From contig NC_057755.1 of assembly GCF_004010195.1 (NCBI RefSeq), forward strand, positions 7,808,769-7,866,583: 57,815 bases of DNA. Reading direction: 5' to 3'. Of the stretch, positions 12,508-24,892 are shown piece after piece. A program made the translations under genes and the position numbers. The DNA is from Chiloscyllium plagiosum. Taxonomy: Eukaryota. Positions within the stretch are counted from its first letter, which is position 1. Every line of letters starts with the position of its first letter. Below the pieces are notes generated by a model, which ran no database searches, was not told the origin of the DNA, and saw nothing but the letters and a program-made list of their open reading frames with translations.

Positions 12508-13029
12508 AAGAAGCCAAAACCTTGGCAGTTGGAAGGACAGACCCAACTCCAGTTCGACAATCTGTAAACGGGTAATGCAGATTTTAAGCTACCGGATGGG
12601 CATAGACGTTTCAGAACTGTAAGGTTACTCGGGATATTAGAAGGAAAGGCTGATTTATCCACCTTGTTTTTCAAAGATAATCAACTATGTCTCTTTTCAG
12701 CCACAGCTCAATATTACTGTAAAATGAGGCCCACAAGTAAGCAAGTAGTTCAGACCATACAAAATAAAACTTACAGGAGACATTTTCAACAGCTTTGGGG
12801 AAATGGTCAACATATTCATTAATCATTTTGCCTAAGTATTTACAAATATCAAATCAACAAGAAACTTTCCACCAAATGTCCTTGAGAGAAGGAAACTGCC
12901 ATCCTCACCTGATCTGACCAATATGTGACTCCAGACCCACAGCAAAGTCATTGACTCTTAAATGCCCTCTGGAATGGGCAATAAATGCTGTCTGAGTCAG
13001 TTATCCTCTCATCCCTTATAGAATCATCA

Positions 13030-13880
13030 TAGAATTCCTACAGTGTGGAAACTTCAGCCCAACAAGAGGATTTTGAACTAGAGGGAGAGGTTGAATTGGT
13101 TGGGTCTGTTTTCCCTGGAGCATTGGAGGCTGAGGAGTGACCTCATAGAGGTTTATAAAATCATGAGGGGCATGGATAGGATAAACAGACAAGGTCTTTT
13201 CCTTGGGGTGGGGGAGTTCAGAACTAGAGTGTTTAGGGTGAGGGGAAAAGATATAAAAGGGACCTAAGGGGCAATATTTTCAAACAAAGGTGGTGCCTGT
13301 ATGGAGTGAGATGCCTTGGTACAGTTCCAGTATTTGAAGGGCATCTGAACAGGAAAGGGTTAGATGGGATATGGGTCAAGTGTGGGCAAATGGGACGAGA
13401 TTACGTTAGGATATCTATTTGGCATGGACGAGTTTGACTGAAGGGTCTGTTTCCGTGCTGTACATCTCTATGACTCTAAGTCCACACCAAACCTCCGAAA
13501 TGTAACCCAACCAGAGCCATTCCCCGAACCTATTTACCCCTGACAAATGCACATAACCTCCTGACAAAGGGCTTATGCCCAAAACGTTGATTCTCCTGCT
13601 CCGCGGATGCTGCCTGACCAGCTGTGCTTTTCCAGCACCACACTCTTGACTCTGATCTCAAGCATCTGTAGTCCTCACTTTCTCCTACCCTTTACCATGG
13701 CCAATTCACCTAACCTGCACGTCTTTGGATTGTAGGAGAAAACCTGAGAACCTGGAGTAAATGCACGCAAACGCAGGGAGAATGTAAAAACTCCATACAG
13801 TTGCCTGAGGCTGAAAACGAACCCAGGTTCCTGGTGCTGTGAGGCAGCAGTGCTAGCCACTGAGCCACCATACCACCCTA
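13030..13880 (-). mobile_element. HE1 SINE interrupted by a plus-strand CR1 3' end (about 13067-13477) and a Penelope-derived insert (about 13560-13687)
   Basis: The SINE pieces rejoin across both inserts; CR1 RGDLIEVYKIM motif. Confidence 0.8.
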
Positions 13881-13899
13881 GAAGGTTTGGCCGCTGCAG

Positions 13900-14362
13900 C
13901 TACACAAACCCCTTGTTAGATTCCATTTGGAAGGATGTATTGACCTTGGGGGGAGTACAGTGTAGATTTGTAAGAATGATACCTGGACTTCAGGGGTATA
14001 GTTATGAGGAGATACTGTATAAATTAGGCTTGCTTCCTCTAGAAATTAGAAGAGAGGGTAAACTATTTCCATAGTTAGGGAATTTTAGAAGAAAGGGACA
14101 TCGTCTGCAAATTTGGGCCAGCATGTTCAGGAGAGATGCTAGGAAGTACTTCTACACTGGAAGTGGATGTTTGGAAGTTTCTTCCACAAATGGCAGTGGA
14201 TATTGTGTCAGTTGTTAATTTTAAGTCTGAGATTTTATTTTGTTAAACCTATGTATTAAGGAATGAGGCACAAAGACAGGAGCATGAAGTTAGCTTACAG
14301 CTCAGGCACTGAATGCTGGAACAGGCTCATGGGGGGGTGAATGGCCTGTTGCTATGTCCCTA
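13900..14362 (+). mobile_element. Old CR1 3' fragment
   Basis: GVQCRFVRMIPGLQGYSYEE motif; tail similar to 1550-1760. Confidence 0.75.
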
Positions 14363-14929
14363 TGATTATTAATCTCATCCGAGAGCCCCAATCACGGGAC
14401 TCATGTTCAATGAGATCCATCTGGCTGACCTCATCACAATCTGTAAAACTCACCCTGTATTAACCCCTTCCCTGTGCCCCTGAAAAAAACTTGTTATTTT
14501 CTATAGACTTCTGCCCCTATTACTTGTTATTGAATCCTTTCCCTTTTCTAACTTTCATCCTCTCCCTATTACTCTTTATTTAACCCTCTCCTATTGTGTA
14601 TTTAATCCTCTCCCCATTATTCTCTCCCTATTACAATCTTTAGCCCTATCTCTCTCTTTATTTAACTGGCACTCTTTCCACAGTACTCTCCATTTATTGT
14701 CACCCCTCCCACTTCCAGAATGTGTGATCCGCCCCACAATAACCAGAGACCACGTGTCTCTACCAAATCATTCCCCACAACCGCCAATACGTCACCGCCG
14801 CCGCTCTCTGCTGCCGCCCGTCTGGCCAGTGTTGGGACTGCAGATTCATCCCGAAGTGCTGGAGGAGTTCAGCAGCACCCCCACATGGTCAGAGACAATA
14901 TTGCTGATGTTATGGAAACAGGCACAACT

Positions 14930-15180
14930 TTAACATGAACTAATACAGTATTGATATATAAATAGGAACAGCTCCAATACACAACAGTATTTTCGTATAA
15001 ACATGAACAATTTTGATACATAACTTTATTTATAGAGAAACTGCAACATCTTCAACACAAAACAATATTTATATACAGGTACAAACTGTTCCAATGCACA
15101 TTAATAGTGCATGTAAACATAATAAGTTCTAATTTGCAATAATATTTGTACAGACTCAAACAGCTCCAGCATATGAGACA
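14930..15180. repeat. Degenerate AT-rich 39-bp tandem repeat (second copy at about 31500-31700)
   Basis: Unit starts at 14967, 15006, 15045, 15084; in the second copy at 31526, 31565, 31604. Confidence 0.65.
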
Positions 15181-15192
15181 TAATATATGTTC

Positions 15193-15525
15193 ATAGAATC
15201 CCTATAGTGTGGAAACAGGCGATTAGGCCCAACAAGTCCACACCAACCTTCTGAAGAGTATCATACCGGATCCATTCCTCTAACACTCTACATTTTCCAT
15301 GACTAATGCACCTAACCTACCCATCACTAAAAACAATGGGCAGCTTCGCATAGCCAATTCATCTAACCTGCACATGTTTGGACTGTGGGAGGGGACAGGA
15401 ACACCCAGAGGAAACCCATGCAGATATGGGGAGAACTTGCAAACTCCACATACACCATTGCCTGAGGCTGGAATCGAACACAAGTCCCTGTTCCCATGAG
15501 GCAGCAGTGCCCGCCACTGCACCAA
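15193..15525 (-). mobile_element. HE1 SINE
   Basis: Reverse complement of the V-SINE core and tRNA head. Confidence 0.85.
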
Positions 15526-15633
15526 CATACTACTCTATTATGCAATCCTGTGTATATGAATGACTTGAAGGAAAGAAAAAATGTACTGCTGCCAAATTTG
15601 AAGATGACACAAAAATAGATGGGAAAGCAAGTT

Positions 15634-16530
15634 GGCACATTGCATGTGTTTTCTTAGGTATGGGGACAGTGGTGGTGTTCTTGAAGATGATTGTGACTTC
15701 AGCTTTTTGGAGGGAGTGGGTGAAGATGTCGATGAATACCTCTGCCAGTTGGTCCATACAGGATCTAAGTGCACGGCCATGGACTTCATCCAGGCCTGTC
15801 GCTTCCCTTGGGTTGACTCTCAGGAAGACCGTTCTGATATCTGCAGTGGTGACCGAGGGAAGATGTGCGTCTGGGGCTGTTGGGGCAGGCATCACTGCGC
15901 CACGAGCATTCGGCTCAAAAGGAGCAGAAAAAGGATTGACAACCTCAGGAAGAAATGTGTCTTTGTTTGTTATCTTGTTCAGCTTCATTTTGTATCCCAT
16001 AATGTTGGTTGGGCCATGCTATAGGTGGCCGGAATCCATTTGGTAGGTTTGGACCTCTATCGTGTTCCAGTAGATTCATAGAGATGTGCAGCATGGAAAC
16101 AGACCCTTGGGTCTAACCTGTCCATGCCAACCTATCCCAACCCAATCTAGTCCCACCTGCCAGCACCGGGCCCATATCCCTACAAACCTTTCCTATTTAT
16201 ATACCCATCCAAATGCCTTTTAAATGTTGTAATTGTATCAGCCTCCACCACTTCCTCTGGCAGCTCATTCCATGCACCTACCACCCTCTGCGTGAAAAAG
16301 TTGCCCCTTAGGTCCCTTTTATATCTTTCTCCTCTCACCCTAAACCTATGCCCTCTAGTTTTGGACTCCCCCACCCCAGGAAAAGGAGGTCATATCTGAA
16401 TTCCCTGTATAGATTTGGGTCTTCTGACTTGAATGTTGCCCATCTGGTGTTCAGTAGGGAGTGGACTTCCTGGTTCACTCAAGATCTTCGGTTGGAGCAC
16501 ACTTGGATTGACTTCATGAATAGGCACTTG
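15634..16530 (-). mobile_element. Rex1/Babar-like LINE RT fragment with a nested CR1 3' end (about 16075-16385)
   Basis: NPREATGLDEVHGRALRSCMDQLAEVFIDIF...FKNTTTVPIPKK matches the Rex1 pre-RT motif pattern. Confidence 0.8.
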
Positions 16531-16534
16531 AAGA

Positions 16535-17870
16535 TTGTGTTGGTGAAAAAGCACAGCCAGTCAGGCAGCATCCGATGAGCAGGAGAATCAATTATTTTTT
16601 AAGATACGATTCCCCACAGTATCGAAACAGACCATTTGGTCCAACATGTCCACACTGACCATCTAGAAGAGTAACCCACCCAGAGCCATTTCCCTACCCT
16701 ATATTTACCCCTGCCTAAATGCACCTAACATTATGGGCAATTTATCATGGCCAATTCACCTGACCTGCGCGTCTTTGGATTGTGGGAGCAAATGGGAGCA
16801 AACCCACGCAGACACAGGGAGAATGTGCAAACTCCACAGACAGTTGCCTGAGGTGGGAATTGACCCCAGGTCCCTGGTGTTGTGAGGCAGCAATGCTAAC
16901 CACTGAGCCACCATGTGCCCTGCCATGAGCACAAGTTCTTCATCGGGAATGAGGTGGTAGCCCAAGGGGGCTGAGAGATAAATGGGAGAGGGTGGGCTAG
17001 GGGAAGTCAGCTGAGAGTGCGATAGGCAAATGAAGGTGGGGTGAAGGTGATAGGTCAGAGAGAAGGGTGGAGTGGATAAGTGGGAAGGAAGATGGTCAGG
17101 CAGGACAGGTCAAAACAGCAGTGCTGAGTTGGAAGCTAGGCTCTGGGATAAGGTGTAGAGGGTGGAAATAAGGAAACTGGTGAAATCCACATTGATCCTG
17201 TGTGGTTGAAGGGTCCCAAGGGAGAAGATTAAGCTTTCTTTCTCCAGCCATCGGTGGCAAGGGTGTGGCAGTGGAGAAGGCCCAGGGACCTGCATGTCCT
17301 TGGCAGAGTGGAAGGGGAGTTAAAGTGTTCGGCCACGAATTGATGGGGTTGTTTTGTGCGTGTGTCATGGAGATGTTCTCTAAAGCTTTCTGCAAGTATG
17401 CATCCTGTGTCCCCAATGTAGAGGAGACCACATCAATAGCAATGGATACAGTAGATGATGTGTACAGAAGTGCAGATTAATCTCTGATGTTTGTGGAAGG
17501 CTCCTTTGAGGCCTTGGATGGAGGTAAGGAGGGAGGTGTGACGCAGGTTTTGCAATTCTTGCGATGGCAGGGGAAGGTGCTGGGAGGGGAAGGTGGGTTG
17601 TTGGGGTGGCGTGAACCTAACAAGGAAGTTGTGGAAGGAATGGTCTTTACAGAGGTGGGGAGGGGAATATATCTCTGGTGGTGGGGTCTGTTTGTTGGTG
17701 GCAGAAATGGCAGAGAATAATACGAAACATCCGAAGGTTGGTGGGATGGTAGGTGAGGACCAGGGGAAGTTCTGTCCTTGTTGCGGTTGGAGGGATGGGG
17801 TTCGAGGGCAGAGTTGTGGGAAGTGGAGGAGATGTGCTAGAAGGCATTACTGACCACGTGGGAGGGGCAA
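16535..17870 (-). mobile_element. Penelope 3' part with a nested HE1 SINE (about 16600-16920)
   Basis: PLVLTYHPTNLR..HQQTDPTTRDIFPSPPL and LEKESLIFSLGTLQPHRINVDF motifs. Confidence 0.8.
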
Positions 17871-17879
17871 TTGTCATCT

Positions 17880-18178
17880 ATCTTAAAAATGATGTCTTCA
17901 TGAGAAAATTGACACCATCATATATCCAGGCTGATAAGAAATGGGCACAAGTTCATCAAGTTGTATTGCCAATGGGTCATAGATATGCATGTGGTGCATG
18001 AACTACCTGTAGGGGGACATTTAGGTGTAAGAAAAACCCAAGCTAAAATACAGTAACTGTTTTACTGGCCTGAATTGCACAAGGATGTAGTTGGATTTTG
18101 CCAGACATGTCATACAGGTAGTAAAAGCTGAACCTTTAATAACCTTACCTGCATTTGAGGAACCTTTTACAAGAGTCT
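17880..18178 (+). mobile_element. Gypsy (Gmr1-like) integrase zinc-finger fragment
   Basis: HELPVGGHLGVRKTQAKIQ*LFYWPELHKDVVGFCQTCH. Confidence 0.8.
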
Positions 18179-18687
18179 GTGAAGACCCAATGCACCAGCT
18201 GGACCCATCACTCACAGCCAGTCCGTGTTTTTGAATCACTCCAACAACCTCTTACCATGAAATCACCACGCACCGTCCCTTAGCCCCCACTGTCATCTCT
18301 TGCCCCTTTACCTGCTGTTGCTTTGTCATGCCCTGCAATAATTTTAAGGTAGAAATGGATAGATTCCTGTTATGTCAGGGGTACACTGGAATGCAGATTT
18401 AACTTAACAACAGAATGGTCAGCAAATTTCTGGAATGGTGGGTGAACCAAATTCCAAGGGCTGAATGGCCGACTGCTGCTCATTGTTTGTGTCCCCCCAT
18501 GTGTGTCAATCCATTAGTCAATCAGGGATAGCAGCCTGTTCATGAACCTGGTGAATGGTGACCCGTCCTGTTTCCTCCTCCCCATCCACCGTTGGGTGTT
18601 GTATTCAGATCCATGTGATTTTGCTGATGGAATCCTGGTCGTACACATGCAATTCCTGCACCGTTGTTTTGCAGAGTCATTAAGAGT

Positions 18688-19553
18688 TTACGTGACCATT
18701 TGGTGCACGGCATTCTTGAACTTCGCTCTGAACTTGGGCAGAGTCACTGCATAAAATAATGTGTTTGTGCTGCAGCTGAAATCCTTGAGAATTTCTCCGA
18801 CTTGTGGAAAAATGCAGCACTGCCCAATAGATTTTCCATTAATCCCACGGTATATGAAATGTATACCATACATTAACCACAGAAGTATGAAGCTGATGGA
18901 TATGATGAAGAGGGAAATCACTGACTTCCTCCGGCTCTCCATCTCTGCATCTTTGTGACTCCCTCCCTCCCTCTGACCCTTCAGGCTTTTGCGGACTTGA
19001 CTGGCCACTAAAATGTACCTGACCGTCAGAGTATTCATCAACACAATTAACACAAATGGGATGAAAGGGGTTAAAATGTGATTAAACCAGTTGAAACCCA
19101 GCCACTTGGGATCAGTAATGTAACTTGACTTTACTCGGCAGTACCACGGAACTTTGTCAATTATCCTCCTAGGTTCAAACTGAAAATAGAAGGGAATGCT
19201 TTTTGAACAGAGCAGAATGCCGGTTGAGGCCAGAGCCACAGCCAAGGTTTTCTCTGTCCAATATTTTCTCTTCATTTTTTGACAGCAAATGGCCACAAAA
19301 CGATCAAAGGAGAAAAGGACAGTGAACCAGACGGAACAGTCGGTGGCTGCATTCGCCAGGGCAAAAATAGAACTGCACACAGGGGTGATGTCCAGGAAAC
19401 ACTTTGGGAAGTAATAGATCCTCAGTTGATTCAGTATAATGTTCGTGCCAATGAACAGTAGATCTGCAGTTGCCATAGCCAACAGGCATCGCATGGTACA
19501 GGTTGAGAGGCCGCATTTTCCCTGTGCGAGAATAAAAACCAGGAGGACATTAA
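18688..19553 (-). CDS. GPR139/GPR142-like orphan class A GPCR, gene A, exon 2 (end of TM1 to C-terminus)
   Basis: Acceptor ctttctgtctcttgcag|TT AAT GTC; open frame (V)NVLLVFILAQGKCGLSTCTMRCLLAMATADLL...SVWFTVLFSFDRFVAICC...PFVLIVLMNTLTVR...SCSTNTLFY to the stop at 18688. 866 nt = 2 nt + 288 codons, consistent with a phase-1 intron. Confidence 0.92.
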
Positions 19554-19719
19554 CTGCAAGAGACAGAAAGTAAAAAAAGATCTGAAATTATTGATCAAAC
19601 ACTTGCCTTGTCTCCCAATCTTAGGGGGATTAAGCATCGAAATGGATCAGTTGGGAGATGTCAGAGAGTGCATCTAAAAATATCAGCTTGGAGCAGTCAC
19701 TCCTGATATTAAGTAAGTG

Positions 19720-22700
19720 GACAAAGTCAAAAATCGTCTAGGATAAAGTGAGGACTGCAGATGCTGGAGATCNNNNNNNNNNNNNNNNNNNNNNNNNNNN
19801 NNNNNNNNNNNNNNNNNNNNNNNNNNNNNNNNNNNNNNNNNNNNNNNNNNNNNNNNNNNNNNNNNNNNNNNNNNNNNNNNNNNNNNNNNNNNNNNNNNNN
19901 NNNNNNNNNNNNNNNNNNNNNNNNNNNNNNNNNNNNNNNNNNNNNNNNNNNNNNNNNNNNNNNNNNNNNNNNNNNNNNNNNNNNNNNNNNNNNNNNNNNN
20001 NNNNNNNNNNNNNNNNNNNNNNNNNNNNNNNNNNNNNNNNNNNNNNNNNNNNNNNNNNNNNNNNNNNNNNNNNNNNNNNNNNNNNNNNNNNNNNNNNNNN
20101 NNNNNNNNNNNNNNNNNNNNNNNNNNNNNNNNNNNNNNNNNNNNNNNNNNNNNNNNNNNNNNNNNNNNNNNNNNNNNNNNNNNNNNNNNNNNNNNNNNNN
20201 NNNNNNNNNNNNNNNNNNNNNNNNNNNNNNNNNNNNNNNNNNNNNNNNNNNNNNNNNNNNNNNNNNNNNNNNGTGTGACTATATAAGGGTGTGTACATTG
20301 TATTGGGTTTTACCTGTAAAGCGACATGATCTCAAGGTCCCGCCTGAGGCCATTCTCATGGGCACAGAACTTGGCTATCTGCCTTTGCTCGGCCACTCTC
20401 TTGTATATCCTGAAGTCTGCCTTGGTGTGTACTAACTCAAAGATCAGAGGTAGAATGTCCCTTACCACTAAAGTATTCCTGAATGGAGAGGGAGCATCCC
20501 TGTCTGGTTATTATTGAGCGGGTTCCATTCACCCATTGTAGTAGCATCTGCTTTGTCTCACCAATATACCATGCCTCATGGCATCCTTGCCTGCAGCGTA
20601 TGAGATAGACAACATTGGCTGAGTCACTTGAGTACCTAGTAGAAAGTGAGGACTGCAGATGCTGGAGATCAGAGCTGAAAAATGTGTTGCTGGAAAAGCA
20701 CAGCAGGTCAGGCAGCATCCAAGGAGTAGCAGAATCGACATTTTGGGCATAAGCCCATTCCTGAAGAAGGGCTTATGCCCGAAACGTCAATTCTCCTGCT
20801 CCTTTGATGCAGCCTGACCTGCTGTGCTTTTCCAGCAACACATTTTTCAGTTCACTTGAATACCTGCCATGTGCATGGTGGGTGGTGTTCCCACGTGTAA
20901 TGGTAGTATCCATGTTGACACTCTGACACATTAACGTGGTCACCATGACAGGGTTCTACAGTGTTGTGGTTGATGTTGTCCTGAAAGCTGGATAGTTTGC
21001 TGTGAACAACTGTCTGTTTAAGGTTTGGTGGTTGTTTAAAGGCAAGAGGTTAAGGAGTAGGGCAGGTCTTGGTGAGGTGCTCATCCTCATCAATAATATG
21101 TCTGCAGGCTGTGAAGAACATAGAGTAATTTCTCTGTTCCCTGGAAGTACTGGACATGAAGGTTACAATATCTGTCATACCTCATGTCTGTCTCCTGAGG
21201 AAGGCATTATAATTTCTTGCTGTGGCACATTGGACCTGGTGATTGATGATTAAGCGTTGGATCCTGTTCTTATGAGGACATCTTCAGCACTTTCAGGTTC
21301 TGTCACCTTTCTCCTCACCTGAACAGATCCTGTGTATGTGTCGAGCTTGTCCATAAGAGATGGCTGTCCTCATGTGTTTAGGGTGGAATCTCGAGAAGTG
21401 CAGCATTGTGAGGTTATCTGTGGAGTAGAGTGAGGTACTGAGGTGCCTGTTCTTTATGGAGATCCGTGTGTCCAAGAATGAGACAGATACTAAAGAGAAG
21501 TCAGCGTTAAGTCTAATGGTGGGATGAAACTTGTTGATTTCACTATGTAGTTGTTTCAGTGACTCCTCACCATGGGTCCAGAGGAAGAAAATGTCGTCAA
21601 TATATATAGTATATAGTGCTGGTTGGAGGTCCTGTGCCACAAAAAAAAGTCTTATTCAAACTTTTGTTTGTAATTATTGGCATATTAGGGTGCAAATGTG
21701 GTCCCCATGGCTCTTCCATGTGTCTGGATGAAGAACTGGTTGTCAAAGGTGAAGACTTTGTGGTCGAGGATGAAGCAGATGAGTTGTAGGATGATGCTCA
21801 GAGATAGATAGTTGTTGGTATTGAGTACGGAGGCTGCTGCAATGATGCTGCTATCACAGAGGATGTTGGTGTAGAGTGCCAAAACATCCATTGTAATGAA
21901 GAATATTCCTTTATTGACTGGTCCGTGGGTACTGAGTTTCTGCAAGAAATCTGTAGTGTCATGACAGATGCTGGGGTCTCTTATACAATGGGTTTCAAGA
22001 TGGCCTCAACATAGCCAGAGAGATCCTCACACAGGGTTCAGTTACCTGACACGATGGCATGTCCTGTTGGCTTTCTGTATCTTTGGGAGGCAGTAGAAGT
22101 ACTCTGAATGAAAAGTACGGGGGATGAGACTGTGTAGGGAACTCTGAAGAACTGGCTCAAAAGTCTTGATCAATTCGCTTAGTTCATGGGTGTGTTCTTT
22201 GTTTGGATTTATCGGTAGTTGCTGTAGTGTTTCTGGTTGTTCAGTTGTTGGCACACTTCCTTGCAATAGTCTGTTCTATTCTGAGTGACAATGACTCCTC
22301 CATTGTTGCTGGATTGATGACAATTTTGTGATTGGCTTTGAGAGCATGCGTGGCATTGAATTGAGTTTGGGTGATGTTTTTTCTACCTTGTTAGTGTGGC
22401 TGATGAATCTGGCATTTACACATTTCTTGACAACATGGTATATTGGTGAGACAAAGCTGACATTATGACAATGGACGAATGGACTCTGTGGAAGAATCGT
22501 CAAACTGGAATGTTCCATCCCAGTCAGGAAAACTTCAGCAGTCGGGGACACATGGCCTCAGATTTACAGGTGATTGTCCTCCAAGGTAGACTTCAGGATA
22601 CACAACAACGCAGAGTTGCCGAGCAAAGGCTTATAGCCAAGTTCAGTACACACGAGGAGAGCCTTAACCAGGACATTCAGTTCATGTCGCACTACAGGTG

Positions 22701-23559
22701 ACCGCAATAGATTGTATACTCTCTCACACACATTCACATACAAGCGCATGTGCACATACACACACAACACACACAGAAACTCTCTTACATACTCACACTC
22801 ATGCAGACCCACTCTCATGCATGCAATCTCTCAGGGACAAGTGTACGTGTCTGCACACACACACACAAACCCCACTCACATCCATGCAAACACACTCTCA
22901 CAGGCATACATTCCATTACACACATGTACACACACTTTCAAGCACAGACAGCCACACACTTTAAAACACACACACATTCAAACATTCACACTATCTCTCT
23001 TCCACATCATGCACTCACACACCTATAAATCTATGGGGTCAATTTGCATTTGCAGAATTCTACTTGCAGATGCATTCAATTCTGTTCAAAAAGCCCACAA
23101 TCTGTAGGCAGTCAATCCATGTTATATTTTATAAATTCGTACTTTGGAAATAAAACCAGTCTGACTGAAGATTGAAATACATACAGACTCTCATGTCACA
23201 CCTTTAATATATTTTCTGAGTGGAGATGTCACTTTTAAAAAATAAAATTGAGTTATCTCGGTAATGTGACTTGAAAGAAGTTTTGGGATTGACTTATTAA
23301 TGAATTGAAATCCGTAAATTAATTTAAAAGAGGAAAGACTTAACAGCAATCTAGGTTTGTCCAATATATCACATCAGTTGCATGACACTGTGATCTTTTG
23401 CTATAAATTCTGTATCTTATGATCCTGCTCCACGAGCTACCTGACAAAGGAGTAGCACTCTGAAAGCTTGTACTTCCAAATAATCCTATTGAGCTATAAC
23501 CTGGTGTTGTATGATTTTTAACTTTGTCCACCCCAGTCTAACACTAGCACATCCGCATC
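19720..23559. mobile_element. Penelope element in the gene A intron: minus-strand RT+GIY-YIG body (to about 22435) joined to a plus-strand 3' copy (22436-23559)
   Basis: ITMDVLALYT, GRAMGTTFAP, YIDDIF, NVVYLIRC..WYIGETK motifs; flanked by ttaagtaagtg at 19709-19719 and 23560-23570; nested palindromic insert 20638-20851 with 14-bp TSD. Confidence 0.9.
20757..20792 (+). ncRNA. Minimal type I hammerhead ribozyme core (Penelope-derived)
   Basis: CTGAAGA-a-gggc-ttat-gccc-GAAA-CGTC; intact core with palindromic ACGT in place of stem III. Confidence 0.75.
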
Positions 23560-24892
23560 TTAAGTAAGTGAGCCAGGGAATTGACAGACAACAATTTTTA
23601 AGGTGAAAGGCAAGAAGTTTGGACTTGAGGGAAAGGCTTTCATCCAGCGACTAACAGATTTCTGAAATGCACTACCTGGGAGGATGGTTGGGGCTTGAAA
23701 CCTCACAGCCTTAAAAAAAAGGAATTCGATGAGCACTTGATGTGCTTTCCATTTTAAGGCTATGAGTCCAGTGCTGGAAGCTGGGATGATGTTAGATTTG
23801 GTGTAGCTTTGATACGACAAGCTTAATGATGCAGAGGACCTCTTCTGCAGCATTAGGTTTTGTAATTCCAAGAATTGCTTCTGTGAGATAGATTACAAAA
23901 TTAAACATTTTAATGATAAATCAAACATCTGTGGATGCTTGCAACATGAACTGAAACAAAAACAGCTGGAGAAAATCAACAGGTAAGGCTGCATCTGTCG
24001 AGACAGAAACGGAGTTAACATTTTGTGTCTAGAATCACTCTTCATTCTGAAGAAGAGTCACTGGGCTCAAAACGTTAATTCAGTTTTCTCCCCAAGAAAG
24101 ATTGTCATTGCAAACAAAGGACAGGTGTTCCTTTCCAAACAGGAATTGAAGTACAAAGCATTGATATTCATTTACTTTGGAACCTTTGTAGACCGCACTT
24201 AGCATACCAGGTGTATGGTGACCATGCTACAATAACATAACTGTCAAAAATGTAATTATTCGATGGAGAATGCTAACAGAGCTGAGAAAGTTCTATTTTA
24301 TAATGAAAGAGAGAAGACGTCTGTGCCCTGATAAACGGGATATGCTAAATCATTGAATCCCTCAGAGCTTGTCTTGGAAAGTCAACATTTAGCAAATGTT
24401 CCAAACCTGCATATGCATTGACTCAGCAAACAATGCAAACTTCAAATAGAGAAATGTTGTTGTTTTAATGTTTCTCTGTGTTCTCTGACTCAATTACTTT
24501 CAGACTGTGCTTGTCAACAATTTACAAATAAAGAACATAATGCCAAAACCCAACAGGCAGTTCACTCATGCAATTATTTATTGCCATTGATCCAATCCGT
24601 GTGTAATAAAATATAATATAATAAAAATCCAGTCTCTCTGGCTCTCCATTGTGTTCTGATCATGTTAGGGGCAATTAGCATTTAAACTGATAAACTGAAT
24701 AGCCAGTAGTTCATGGAGAGAACGGGTCAACATGCTTTCACATTAACTTTTGAAAAAAAAACCTTCACTTAATAATGAGAATAATTAAAAAAAGTTAAGT
24801 AGTAGAACTCATGAGCACAGATGTTCTAACTCAATTTATTTCCCTCCCTTTGAAGAATGATTTTATTGGAAAAATTATAAAGCTACAAACCC

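Noticed and set aside
18784..18786. Calling the GPCRs opsins because of a TM7 lysine
   Set aside because: The Lys is one position off 7.43 and the remaining motifs are GPR139-like, not opsin-like.
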